Source: Octopus sinensis
Lineage: Eukaryota
Direction of reading: 5' to 3'
Length of the DNA stretch: 64,000 bases
Assembly (NCBI RefSeq): GCF_006345805.1
Contig: NC_043017.1
Coordinates: 4,650,001 to 4,714,000, forward strand
A program made the translations under genes and the position numbers. Every line of letters starts with the position of its first letter. Position 1 is the first letter of the stretch. Positions 1 through 36,119 of the stretch are shown piece after piece. The notes below the pieces were generated by a model, which searched no databases, was not told where the DNA came from, and worked only from the letters and a program-made list of their open reading frames with translations.

Positions 1-100
1 ACAGCATGGAAAGGTGGATGCTAAATAATAATGGTAAAGATATATTTACAGTCTCTTACTGTCTCTGTACCCATTCTACTTGCTCTTTTCCCATCACCAG

Positions 101-23372
<23,272 letters not shown>

Positions 23373-24834
23373 AAACCAAACCATAATTGGGTGGAACAGG
23401 TTAGTAAGGGTTAAGGTAAGGGGTCTTAGTAGTAGTAGTAGTGGTAATGGTTTAAAGAGAGATGTTTGAGAGGCTGTTGGTGGTAAGGGATAGACAAGCG
23501 TTGGGTAACTACGCTTCACAGGGTTTCCCTTTTCTGTAGTCTGGCTGTAGATGATATCTTGATAGGGTGGTAGCTCTTGACAGCTAAGTAGACTGGGACC
23601 AGTAAAATAACATAGATGCATTCAGAACATTATTCATTTCTATTTCTTTATTGCCCACAAGGGGCTAAACACAGAGAGGACAAACAAGGACAGACAAATG
23701 GATTAAGTCGATTATATTGACCCCAGTGCATAACTGGTACTTATTTAATTGACCCTGAAAGGAAGAAAGGCAAAGTCGACTTTGGCGGAATTTGAACTCA
23801 GAACATAACGGTGTATTATAATCTTTTACCTGCCTTAGACTTTGGAAAGCAGCCATGCTGGGGCACCACCTTGAAAGGTTTAACTGAACAAATTGACCTC
23901 AGTACTTATGTTTTTTTAAGTCTGGCAATAACTCTATCAGTCACTTTTGCCAAACCACTAAGTTATGGGGATGTAAACAAAACAACTCTGATTGTCAAGT
24001 GGTAATGGTGGACAAACACACACACACACACATATCGATCGTGGCCGTTTGCCAGACTCATCTGGCACCCGTGCCGGTGGCACGTAAAAAGCACCCACTA
24101 CATTCACGGAGTGGTTGATGTTAGGAAGGGCATCCAGCCGTAGAGACATTGCCAGGTCAAACTGGGCCTGGTGCAGCCTTCTGGCTTCCCAGACCCCAGT
24201 TGAACCGTCCAACCCATGCTAGCATGGAAAGCGGACGCTAAACGATGATGATGATGATGATGTATATATGATGGGCTTCTTTCAGTTTCTATCTACTGAA
24301 TCTGCTCTCAAAGCTTTGGTCAGCCTGAGGCTATAGTAGAAGGCACTTGCCCTAGGTGCTACGCAGTGGGACTTAACCCAAAACTTTGTGGGTGGGAAGC
24401 AAACTTTTTATCACACAGCCACACCTGATATATGTAAGTATATATGGCAGAAAAAATGAAGAAAATTTGAAGACAAAATAAGAAGACAAACAAACAGTGT
24501 ATTAGGTTTATGCTGAGGAAAAATAGAAGGAAAAGTCTTTTAGGTTTCAAACACTGTTTTGCAAAATGAGAAGATGAGGAGAGAAAACAATAAATGTGTC
24601 TTTAGTGGGAATTTCAGCCAAATTTATAGACTTGAACCCCTGCTCCTCTGCTCAGTTTACATCTCATCAATGCAACACAACGAACCATTAAAATATCAAA
24701 CAGACTCTGACTGTTTGATATTTTTGGCTCTGACCGCTGCTAATTGCTCCTGTGTACCTGCCACATACAAAGCCTTTATTAATTGTCAGCCTACCTGTGA
24801 TCTTACTACACCTCTTGTGCCTATATACATACAT

Positions 24835-25230
24835 CAGTGGTTCTCAACTGTTTTTTTTTTTACCTATGAACACCTGTTTTATTCTGCTGGATCCCCATAG
24901 ACATTCAAACTAGTTTTATAGATATTTCTTTCAAAATTCCTATTTTGCTTTTCACTCATTCACTTGTGTAGGGTTGCAATAGAACTTTCTAAGGGAACAT
25001 GTTTCAGTGGTGGTGGTGGTGGTGGGGGAGGGGCATGTTGAACTATGTAAAACATTAGAGAAGGGAACCTAGTTGTTTCGAGCAAGAAATACATCCAAAG
25101 AAAAAAAATCATTTTTCATGGACCCTTAAAATACTATTGTAGGTCCCCAGTTTACTATTTTGATTGTGTGGATCTCCCAAAATCTTATACAACCCCCAGG
25201 GGTCACTCAGACCCTGGTTGAGAACCTCTG
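24835..25230. mobile_element. hAT (Charlie-like) MITE
   Basis: TIR cagtggttctcaac / gttgagaacctctg; 8-bp TSD acatacat/atatacat. Related element at 51713-51895 (TSD ttttagag/ctccagag); related ends at 2303 and ~61335. Confidence 0.7.
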
Positions 25231-25749
25231 ATATACATATACACTTATATATATTGTAATTAAGAATCAAATAGTGTTGTTTACATTTTTAAAAAAATAA
25301 ATCCGTCCATGAAATATTTTTACACTTCTGTCAATAAAGAAAAGATTTTCTTGTTTTAAAACATCTGTTTGTTTTCTGTTTTAAATATATTAATTTTTTT
25401 TTTAAATTCTTGTAATAAATATTTTAAATGCAAAATAATATTTAAAAAAAATTCAATATTAATAATAAAATACGGATAACAAATGTATGAAACAAATTTG
25501 TGAAGGATCGTAAAAGAAATTATTTTCAATAAAAGAATGCATGTAGGTTTGTGGTCAGTGACCCAGGAACATTGTGAATAAAGACAAAGTCGAGTATGTT
25601 ATTTTTCCCTAATTGGACGGGTAATGATTTGTTGTATGGGAAAGACTTTTGTTCAGTTGCTTAGTTCCAGGCTGGATATAATCCTCGGACCAGCTAAGAT
25701 TAGTAAAATTAAAGACTCCTGTTAAAAGCATATGTTCCCAGGCCCTTGT

Positions 25750-25785
<36 letters not shown>

Positions 25786-28700
25786 GTTTAACGTCCGTTT
25801 TCCACGCTAGCACGGGTTGGATGGTTCGACCGGGGTCTGGGAAGCCAGGGGCTGCACCAGGCTCCAGTCTGATCTGGCAGAGTTTCTACAGCTGTGGTAC
25901 AGAATTAGTGAAACGCTCACATAGTATAACTGGTACTCCATTGGTTGCGACAACGAGGGTTCCAGTTGATCTGATCAATGGAGCAGCATATGAAATTAAC
26001 GTGCAAGTGGCTGAGTACTCCACAAACATGCATGCCCTTAGTGCAGTTCTCAGGGAAATTCAGAATGATGCACAATGTGACAAGGCTGGCCCCTTTGTAT
26101 TACAGGTACTACTCAATTTTGAGTAGTACAATGTGAAATAAAGTGTCTTGCTCAAGCACATAATGCACTGCCAGGAATCAAACAGATGACCTTACGATCA
26201 TGGGCCAAATACCCTAAATACTGGGCCACACACCTTCACACACATAGTATATATGGTTGAGTATCCCAGTTTTATTACCAAATGTATCCTGGTTTTAGAA
26301 TAGGGATACACTGTACTCTTACGTTGTTGTGAGAAGCACCTAAAAGTATTCTTTTCTACTCTCAGCACAAGGCCAGAAATTTTAGGGGAGGGGGGCCAGT
26401 CGATTAGACCAGCCCCAGTATGCAACTGGTACTTAATTTATTGACCCTGAAAAAGAATGCAAGGCAAAGTTGACCTCAATGGAATTTGAACTCAGAATGT
26501 AAAGACAGACAAAATACCACTAAGTATTTCACCCAGTGTGCTAACGAGTCTGCCAGCTCACTGCCTTTTGAGAAGCACCTAGAAGTATTGGTGACAGTCA
26601 GCATCTAGAGTTACCTGTATCATGAGGATTTGCTCCGAGTATCAAAATACTATGCCTAGAGTAGAAAAGAATATTCTTTATTATTTAAAGGTGGCAAGCT
26701 GGCAGAAATATTAGCACACCGGGCAAAATGCTTAGCGGTATTTTGTCTGCCTTTACGTTCTGAGTTCAAATTCTGCCGAGGTCAACTTTGCCTTTCATCA
26801 TTTTGGGGTCGATAAATTAAGTACCAGTTGCATACTGGGGTGGATCTAATCGACTGGCCCCCTCCCCTAAAATTTCTGGTCTTGTGCCAAGAGTAGAAAA
26901 GAATACTTTTAGGTGCTTCTCACAACAACTCAAAGGAAGCAATTCAGCCTGTTCAAGCTTGGAAAGTGGATGCAAAACAATGCTAAATTGGATGATTTTT
27001 AGGCCTTTCATTTTACAGGGACAGCTTGATGTATTGGTGAACAGGGAACAGCATTAGAGAGCCTAAAGACCAAAGTTTTAACTGACCTGGAAGATTTGAT
27101 GCCATCTGGACATTGGAGAAGGAGTTACTTGTATACTCTTTTATTCCCTTTTACTTGTTTCGGTCATTTGACTGTGGCCATGCTGGAGTACCACCTTTAG
27201 TCGAGCAAATCGACCCCAGGACTTATTCTTTGTAAGCCTAGTACTTAATCTATCGTTCTCTTTTGCCGAACCGCTAAGTTACAGGGACGTAAACACACCA
27301 GCATCAGTTGTCAAGCGATGTTGGGGGGGACAAACACAGACACACAAACATATACACATGCATTCATATATATATATATATATATATACGGCGGGCTTCT
27401 TTCAGTTTCCGTCTACCAAATCCACTCACAAGGCTTTGGTCGGCCTGAGGCTATAGTAGAAGACACTTGCCCAAGGTGCCGAGCAGTGGGACTGAACCCG
27501 GAACCATGTGGTTGGTAAACAAGCTACTTACCACACAGCCAATGTAATAAAAACCACCTCAGTGTTTTTTCTACCATGTAAAACAACAGCAGCATCAACA
27601 TCATTGTTGCCATAGCCAGAACTGTCACTTGTTTCCATCACCACTATCACTACTATTACTACTACTGCTGCTACTGCTGTTGCTGTAGCTGCTGTTACTA
27701 TATAATGCTCAGCCTTTTGGATCATACCCCGACTCATATTGTTAATCTATCCAGAGACACGGAAAAGGAGACACTGGACATTTATTACTGGACATAATAT
27801 GGATCCTGTTGGTTAGTAGAGATTTTCTTGCACTTTTCTTTTCTTCTTATTCAATGTTGTTGTCATTGTTGTTGCTGTTGTTGTTGTTGTTGCCATCGTT
27901 GGCATTGTTATTGTAGTTATTGTTGTCATTGCAGTAGTAGTAGTTGTAGTATTTGTTGTTGTTGCTGCTGCTACTGCTTCACTAGATACCGGTTTCTTTA
28001 CTACCCACAAGGGGCTAAACACAGAAGGGACAAACAAGGACAGACAAACGAATTAAGTTGATTACATCGACCCCCAGTGCGTAACTGGTACTTAATTTAT
28101 CGACTCCAAAAGGATGAAAGGCAAAGTCGACCTCGGCGGAATTTGAACTCAGAACGTAACGGCAGAAGAAATACCGCTGAGCATTTCGCCCGACATGCTA
28201 ACGTTTCTGCCAGCACGCCACCCTCTGCTTCACTAGATATCTTTCAGTCTTAACTTTCCTTACACTTCTGAGTTCAAATCCCACATGGAGTCACTTTACT
28301 GCCATCCCTCTCTGGGACCATCAAATGTTATCTTTGTGATTTATACAGTCAATATTAGTTGATCGTACTATACCCCCCACCTTCTTCTCATCTTCTATTA
28401 ATAGAACTTATTCTTTCTGAGTTCAAATCTTACGAAGTTCTCTTTGTCTTTCATTCAAAAAGGGTTTTAATAAAATAATTTTAGAAATTAAAAAATAAAA
28501 AACTTATACATGTACAGAAGTGGCCTGTGTGGTAAGAAGCTTGCTTCACAACCACATGGTTCCAGGTTCAGTCCCACTGCATGGCACCTTGGGCAAGTGT
28601 TTTCTATATAGCCTCAGGCTGACCAAAGCCTTGTGAGTGGATTTGGTAGACGGAAACTGAAAGAAGCCTGTCGTATATATATATACACTAGCATAGCCAG

Positions 28701-29255
28701 GGGTGGTGGTAGGGGCGATCTGCCCTGGGTGGCACTTTTGGGTCTGTTGTAGGCAATATGTGTTTTTTGTGGGGTCTGGTGATGGCAAACAGAAGGGCCA
28801 CTCCGGGTGGCACACTTCTGCTTGACAACCAGTGTTGGTGTGTTGATGTCCCCCGTAAATTAGTAGACTGATAGAAAAGTACCAGTCATTAAAAAAAAAG
28901 GACCAGGCATTGAAAAAAAAACTTGTACTTGGGTTGATTTATTTGGCTAAAAATTCTTCAACGTGGTGCCCCAGCATGGCCACAGTCTAATGACTGAAAC
29001 AAGTTAAAGATCTTGTTTGATTTTGGTGTCTCCCAAAATATAAAATAATGCATAAGAAAGAACAGCCAGAAATAAGCTATTGTCTATGAATGCTGTTAAT
29101 AATATTGTCTGTCTTTATCATTAATTATATTTGTAATTACTTAAGTAGTTTTTAGAGACCAGCTATTAAGAGCTAATTCAATTAATTAAATGTTAAACAG
29201 CAAGCTTCTTTATCACACAGCCATACACACACATACACACACATATATATATGTA

Positions 29256-29340
<85 letters not shown>

Positions 29341-30003
29341 TTGAGTGTCGTGTCTGTGTTTGCTCCCTCAACATCGCGTGACAACCGATGCTGGTGTGTT
29401 TACGTCCCCGTAACTTAGTGGTTCGGCAAAAGAGACTGATAGAATAAGTACTAGGCTGACAAAGAATAAGTCCTGGGGGATTGATTTGCTCGATTGAAGG
29501 CGGTGCTCCAGCATGGCCACAGTCAAATGACTGAAGCAAGTAAAAGAGTAAAAAGAGTAAGAGTATAAGATGGAAAAAGCTGTCAGCAGTCAGCCATGAA
29601 ACTCGAATCTGTACCCATGGCTGTCTGCTAACAACCTTTTCCATCTTATACTCAATCTTTTCACAGCTATATTGCATTCAAAATGCTACTTTCTTGTCTG
29701 TATGATATGATGTACATTTGAAGCTTCTTAAAACAAAGCAACAAAAGAATTTTGTTTACATATGTTGTTGCACTTGTATTTTTATATTTATTTTTTTATT
29801 TTATTATATTTTTTGAGGAATTTGCTATCAAAGCATTTGGTCTCAGCTGTAAGAAAGACAAAGAAAAAAAATGAAAAAATAACAGAAAGCAGGCAAGAAT
29901 AAAAATATTTTTTTCTTTTTCACAAATTTTAATTTTGTTAATAAAAAATATAAATACATAAAAGTTCAAAATTAAAATGAGAAACAAATACATTCCTTAT
30001 TGT

Positions 30004-30057
<54 letters not shown>

Positions 30058-30794
30058 ATATATATACATACATATGCATAGATACGACGGGCTTCTTTCA
30101 GTTTCCGTCTACGAAATCCACTCATAAGGCTTTGGTCGGCCTGAGGTTATAGTAGAAGACACTCGCCCAAGGTGCCACACAGTGGGAATGAACCTGGAAC
30201 CATGTGGTTGGTAAGCAAGCTACTTACCACGCAGCCACTCTGACACCTAATGATAATGATAATAATAATAATGATGATGATAATATTAATAATTTCAAAT
30301 TTTGGCACAAGGCCAGCACTTTTGCAGGAGGAGATAAATCAATACATCGACCCCAGTGTTCAAATGGTATTTATTTTACTGATTCCAAAATGGATGAAAG
30401 GCAAAATTGACCTCAGCAGAATTTGAACTCAGAATGTAAAGATGGATGAAATTCTGCTAAGCATTTTGTCCAGTGTGCTAACGATTCTGCCAGCTTACCA
30501 CCTTAATAATAATAATGATGATAATAAATAATTCTTTTATTGGCCACAAGGACTCACATACAATAACATTAAAGGACATGCAACAACATAAAAGACAAAA
30601 GGGACAATACAATGGGTTTTACGACATGTAAACAATAAATAACAAGTAAATTAAACAAATTAAGGAGTTTGCTTTAAGGTCTTTTGGTCAAATAATAATG
30701 ATAATAATAACAATAATAATGATATATATGTATGTATGTGTGTGTGTATGTACGTGTGTGTATGTATGTATGTATGTATGTATGTATGTATGTA

Positions 30795-30842
<48 letters not shown>

Positions 30843-31027
30843 TATGTATGTATGTATGTATGTATGTATGAATGTTGTATGTATGTGTATGTATGTGTAT
30901 GTATGTTTGTATGTATGTGTGTGTATATATGTATGCATATGATTAAAAAATAAATGCTCTTATATTTATAGCTCGCTGGCCAAACATCATTAAATTCAAA
31001 AAGTGAAGAACTCTTTGCACCTCTACA

Positions 31028-31501
31028 ATGTCTGATAACAGTCTGTTCAAGAGACTGAATGTCCGTGCTGTGGGAAGACTGGCAATGCGGAAGAAGAAAA
31101 ACGGGAATTTGGATGTAAGTGATACGAAACCTTTAAAACCACCACGTTTGGAAAATACCTTCCAGCTCGCTCCTTCACAACGTTTTATTCCTCGTTGTGT
31201 TGAGGGAATCATCAAAGACATTATGCTAGCAGAGGATCTTGCCAATGCCATTTATAACGCAGAGGCGGCACCGTCTCTTGTTATAAAAATGTCTGATGAA
31301 ATCAAAGAAAAACTCAAGTTGCTGTCTTGGAAACGCTACAGATACGTGGTTCAGGTTTTGGTTGGTCAAAATCTAAGCCAACATTTCATGATGGCCAGTC
31401 GTTGCCTTTGGAACGAAGAAGTCGATAATTTTGTTGTTGTCAAATATAACAACTCGAATCTGTTTGTCATTTGTTCTGTGTTTGCCACTTATTTGGAGTA
31501 G
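31028..31501 (+). CDS. Tctex-1 domain dynein light chain (TCTEX1D/DYNLT-like), single coding exon, 157 aa
   Basis: Uninterrupted non-repetitive ORF with Tctex-1 family motifs: LENTFQLAP, SDEIKEKLK, RYRYVVQVLVGQ, ASRCLWNEEVDNF, NLFVICSVFATYLE. AATAAA at 31519 and 31548. A possible 5'-UTR acceptor (tatatttatag) lies at about 30970. The paralog cannot be assigned by eye. Confidence 0.9.
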   Translation: MSDNSLFKRLNVRAVGRLAMRKKKNGNLDVSDTKPLKPPRLENTFQLAPSQRFIPRCVEGIIKDIMLAEDLANAIYNAEAAPSLVIKMSDEIKEKLKLLSWKRYRYVVQVLVGQNLSQHFMMASRCLWNEEVDNFVVVKYNNSNLFVICSVFATYLE

Positions 31502-32714
31502 AATCCATTTTGGAGACCAATAAAAGTGAAAGAAGAGATGAAAAAGAAATAAATATGACAATAACCTGGTTCCATGTCTTTGTTTTATTGTTCATTTAAA
31601 GGTAGACTTCCTAGAACAGCTCTGAAATTTATATACAGTTTTTCTTCTTCTTTATTATTCTGTATTGTTTTCCTTTTGTTTTCCTACGGCCATATAACAT
31701 ATAAAATGTCAGAAAGCAAATAAATAATTATTTTTAGAGACAAAACTATAAAAATTAAAAGCATAAACATCAAATACTCTAATGTTGGTTTTCTCTCATT
31801 TTTATTGCTTAAAAAGGAATCAAATCTTCTCTAGGATTCTCTACCTAATTATAAAGCAATAAATTTTATCTTAGTGAGATTTATTGTTTCTAAACAAATC
31901 GACTGATATAAAATTATGTACATGCAGACATTTGTAAATAGGACATATTATGTCTCACTTCAGCTTTTATGGGAATTGTCTATTTGCAAAAACAAAAAAA
32001 AAAGCTTTGATAAGGCAGGAGTGGCTGTGTGGTAAGTAGCTTGCTAACCAGCCACATGGTTCCGGGTTCAGTCCCACTGCGTGACATCTTGGGCAAGTGT
32101 CTTCTGCTATAGCCCCGGGCCGACCAATGCCTTGTGAGTAGATTTGGTAGACGGAAACTGAAAGAAGCCTGTCGTATATATGTATATATATATTTATGTG
32201 TGTATGTTTGTGTGTCTGTGTTTGTCCTCTTAGCATTGCTTGACAACCGATGCTGGTGTGTTTACGTCCCCGTCACTTAGCGGTTCGGCAAAAAAGAGAC
32301 CGATAGAATAAGTACTGGGCTTACAAAAAGAATAAGTCCCGGGGTCGATTTGCTCGACTAAAGGCGGTGCTCCAGCATGGCCGCAGTCAAATGATTGAAA
32401 CAAGTAAAAAGAGTAAAAAAAGAGAGTATCTATTTAGAGTGGCTTAGTTAAAAACCTATCTACATGTCTTTTGAAATTTCAGAGATGTCCTTATCTGGAA
32501 AGTGATTTGACCTAAAACCATGTGTTGAAACTAAAACAATTCTAGCATGGAACATATATATTGGCCATTTAAAAATGTGAGAAGTGCAGTGGAACCATAT
32601 CGGTGACTAGGTTGCAGTTGGTGCAACAAAAATGTTGACACTAAATAAAAAATGTTTATGTGAAGTTAGCTGTTTCTGTGTGTTTTTGAATGATTAATAT
32701 ATATCTCGTTAGAA

Positions 32715-32897
32715 GTTCCAAGGCTTCCATGAAAATTAAAAGAAAGATTTTCAATGAATACATCCTGCCAGTGATAATTTACTGCAGTGAAACATGGGCT
32801 CCCAACATGACCATCATGAATGCCCTCATTGTAGGAACAAACCATAGTCAGCATCATATTGTGGGACAAGAAAACCAATGCCAGGATTCGACAGCAC
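32715..32897 (+). mobile_element. RTE-clade LINE RT fragment
   Basis: KIKRKIFNEYILPVIIYCSETWAP, then WDKKTNARIRQH in another frame. Confidence 0.65.
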
Positions 32898-33275
32898 ATC
32901 ATCATTGTTCGACCGTGGTCAAGACAATGGAATTTACCATGCTACGCCAGACTTCATGGTCCATCATGGCATTACGGAGGTCCTGTTGCTGGATGCCTGT
33001 ATTCCTGGAGATTACATCAGGGTAGGAGAGTGTATGCCCTCTGGTATTGCGAGTAGATGGCTTCCAGAGGAGAAGAGTAGAAATTACCTCTTTTTCAGCT
33101 CTACAGCAATGTCCAGCAAACTGGACTCTCTTACCTTTCACAAGAGATGACACAGGTGGTAGTTTCCCATATATTTGCATTTTGGTTGGATGGCGCTTCC
33201 ATGAGAGATTTTGAGCTCTCATAAGGAGGCGAGTGTAGGTTCCATCCAACCGCCTCTCGACAGCACACGAGAGTC
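32898..33275 (-). mobile_element. 3' end of a second RTE-type LINE
   Basis: Open frame ERRLDGTYTRLLMRAQNLSWKRHPT...RVQFAGHCCRAEKEVISTLLLWKP...MMDHEVWRSMVNSIVLTTVEQ*, then a short (TGA)n tail. Confidence 0.75.
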
Positions 33276-34532
33276 CAAGGAGAACATATATAAATAGACT
33301 GGTTATATTGTACGACTGAGTGACAACAGATGGACAAGATGAGAAGGCCAACAAAAGACAACATGGCAAAATGAGCTCATCTGCTACCTGGGGCCTACAT
33401 GGTCATGACTGGCCAGAGACAGACAGCAGTGGAAGCAATTCAGGGTGGGGCTCCTCCTTCAGGAATAACAAGGCCCTGGATAATAATAAAATATGTCTAC
33501 TGTGCTGCAACTGTTTCTTGAAAGACTGGTGAAAATCCATCAAGGCTTTTTCCTAGGTTTAACCGTCTAACATTCAGATTACTCTATCAAATCTCTTACA
33601 CGTTCATCTCCATTGTTTTGAATTAATCATGCATTATCTTGTAGCTTCAAGTTTTCAATGATGTGATTATATTTATTTTTAGAATGACATTGTAGGAGAA
33701 GTGTGAGAGGCTGGATCTAACCAGATTGAATATATAACGTGTAGAGTATTTGAGCCTGATATGGCTGCTTTAAATGTTAACTCTTTAGCTTTCAGATTTC
33801 TTTCTGTCACATGTAAAGTTTATTTATCCTCTTGGTTTTGAATTAATTATGCGTTATCTTGTAACTTCAAGATTTCAATGATGTCATTGTTCATTTATAT
33901 ATGTATATATATATATGTATGTCACGTAAAAAGCACCCACTACACTCGCGGAGTGGTTGGCATTAGGAAGGGCATCCAGCTGTAGAAACACTGCCAGATC
34001 AGACTGGAGCCTGGTGCAGCCCCTGGCTTCCCAGACCCTGGTCGAACCATCCAACCCGTGCTAGTGTGGAAAACGGATGTTAAACGATGATGATGTATGT
34101 ATATATATATATATATGTATATCTATATATGTATGTATATATATATGTATATCTATATATGTATATATATATGTGTATATACATATATGTGTAAATATGT
34201 ATATATATATATATACATCCTACATACATATATATATACTTACATAAACACCAGCAGACAACATACACACATATGTACATAAATACACACACACACACAG
34301 AATATTTTATAATCTTATTGTGTCCAAGCACTAGATTGCAGCCACGTCCTGAGGTTATTATAATCATTATGGTCATGAAACGTATCTTCTTTGCCAGCTC
34401 GTGGCTATTCTTTCAACCATCTTTACTGGCAATAAACAACAACAACAGACAGACGTGTGCTAAGGATGGTGATAGTGAGGTACAGAAAGGAGAGTTGTTG
34501 TTGCTTTGATTCTTTCAGAAATCTCCACCTGC

Positions 34533-34546
34533 GTTGTCATAGTAAC
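34533..34546. promoter_or_regulatory. RFX X-box motif flanked by two E-boxes
   Basis: GTTGTCATAGTAAC fits GTYNYY-AT-RGNAAC; CACCTG at 34526-34531 and CAGGTG at 34546-34551; non-repetitive context. Function not shown. Confidence 0.45.
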
Positions 34547-35475
34547 AGGTGAAGAAAAGATGGAAAGCCATTAAATAAACATTAACAACATCAGAATCGT
34601 TAATGGAAATACTTTTTGTTTCTGATAGAACTGGGTTCAAATCATTATATCATTAATCATTGATAAGTGGATTGCTTTGGTTGGTCAAGCATGAAGGGTT
34701 TTGGGACACTTAAGCAAACGAAATTACTGTCTTTATTGAAAATAATATTGTTATAGATTCAATATTGATTTCTTGATTTGGTACAAAGCCACACATGATG
34801 GGATGTAATAGAACTGACTCAACCCTTTGTGTATTATTACTGAAGTGTATATACATCTTTGATCTTTTACTTGTTTCAGTCATCAGACCGTGGCCACGCT
34901 GGGGCACCACCTTGGAAAATTTTTTTAGCTGAATGAATCAACCCCTAGTACTTATTTTCCTTGTTATGCAGGGTACTTGTTCTCTTTTGCTGAACTACTA
35001 AATTACAGGGATGTAAATACACCAACACTGGTTTTCCAGCAGTAGTGGCAAGGGTACAGACACACATACACATATATATGTATGTATATATCGGTGTCTG
35101 TGTTTGTTCCCCACCACTGCTTGACAACCGATGTTGGTGTGTTTACACCCCCATAACTTAGTGGCTTGGCAAGAGATCAACAGAATAAGTACAAAACTTT
35201 AAAAAAGGAAAATAGCACTGGAGTCAATTCCTTTGAGTAAAATTCTTCAATGTGGTGCCCCAGCATGGCCGCAGACCATTGATTGAATCAAGTAAAAAAA
35301 AAAAGGAGTGGCTGTGTGGTAAGTAGCTTGCTTACGAACTACATGGTTCCGGGTTCAGTCCCACTGCGTGGCACCTTGGGCAAGTATCTTCTACTATAGC
35401 TTCGGGCTGACCAAAGCCTTGTAAGTGGATTTCGTAGATGGAAACTGAAAGAAGCCCGTTGTATATATGTATATG

Positions 35476-35628
35476 TTTCTCCCCTTGTTTTTCTCTGTGT
35501 CCCTTTCTGTAGAAGAGCGTAGGCTCGAAACGTAAAAGACTTTTTCTATTTCTGAGCATTATACCAATACATCTGTTGGTTTTGTACACCACCTGTCTTC
35601 GTCTTTTGTTTTTTTCATAAACTCTCCC
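35476..35628 (+). mobile_element. (TA)n-inserted Penelope-type terminal fragment with a hammerhead-like motif
   Basis: cttt-CTGTAGA-A-GAGC-gtag-GCTC-GAAA-CGTA-aaag at 35503-35538, inside the internal microsatellite of a family A SINE. Confidence 0.45.
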
Positions 35629-35900
35629 TATATATATATATACATGTGTTTGTGTTTGTCCCCGTAACTTAGCAGTTTGGTAAAAGAGACCGATACAATA
35701 AGTACTAGGCTTACAAAGAATAAGTCCCGGGGTTGATTTGCTCGACTAAAGGCGGTGCTCCAGCATGGCCACAGTCATATGAGTGAAACAAGTAAAAGAG
35801 TAAAAAGTAAAGAGAGAGAGAGTGAAATGTGTTCCTCAACCTGTCTACGAGGCCAGTAAGTCTAAATAAGAGCCGACTTGATCTGTGTAAACTTGTTTAA

Positions 35901-36119
35901 CCCTTTAGTGTTCAGATTATTCTATCAAACATAATGCCTATTGATTCCCATTGGTTTGAATTAATCATGCATTATTTCATATCTTCAAGATCTTGATGGT
36001 GTAATTACTTAATGTAGAATAACATTGTAGGGTAGGTGTGAGAGCCTGGATCTGGTCAGTTTGAATATAAAACAGATTAGATATTTTGGCTGGATATGGC
36101 CGGTTTAAATACTAAAGGG
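35901..36119. mobile_element. TTAA-flanked (piggyBac-type) MITE, family D
   Basis: TTAA|CCCTTTAG...CTAAAGGG|TTAA. Copies at 33563-33780, 36825-37214 (interrupted), 53510-53729, 59576-59794 and 63961-end. Confidence 0.8.

Noticed and set aside
30943-31251. 102-aa antisense ORF over the Tctex-1 gene
   Set aside because: Shadow ORF with no motif or independent signals.
32013-32090. tRNA genes at SINE heads (also 13727, 61600, 7730)
   Set aside because: A/B boxes are present but there is no complete cloverleaf or acceptor stem, and each is attached to a repeated SINE body.
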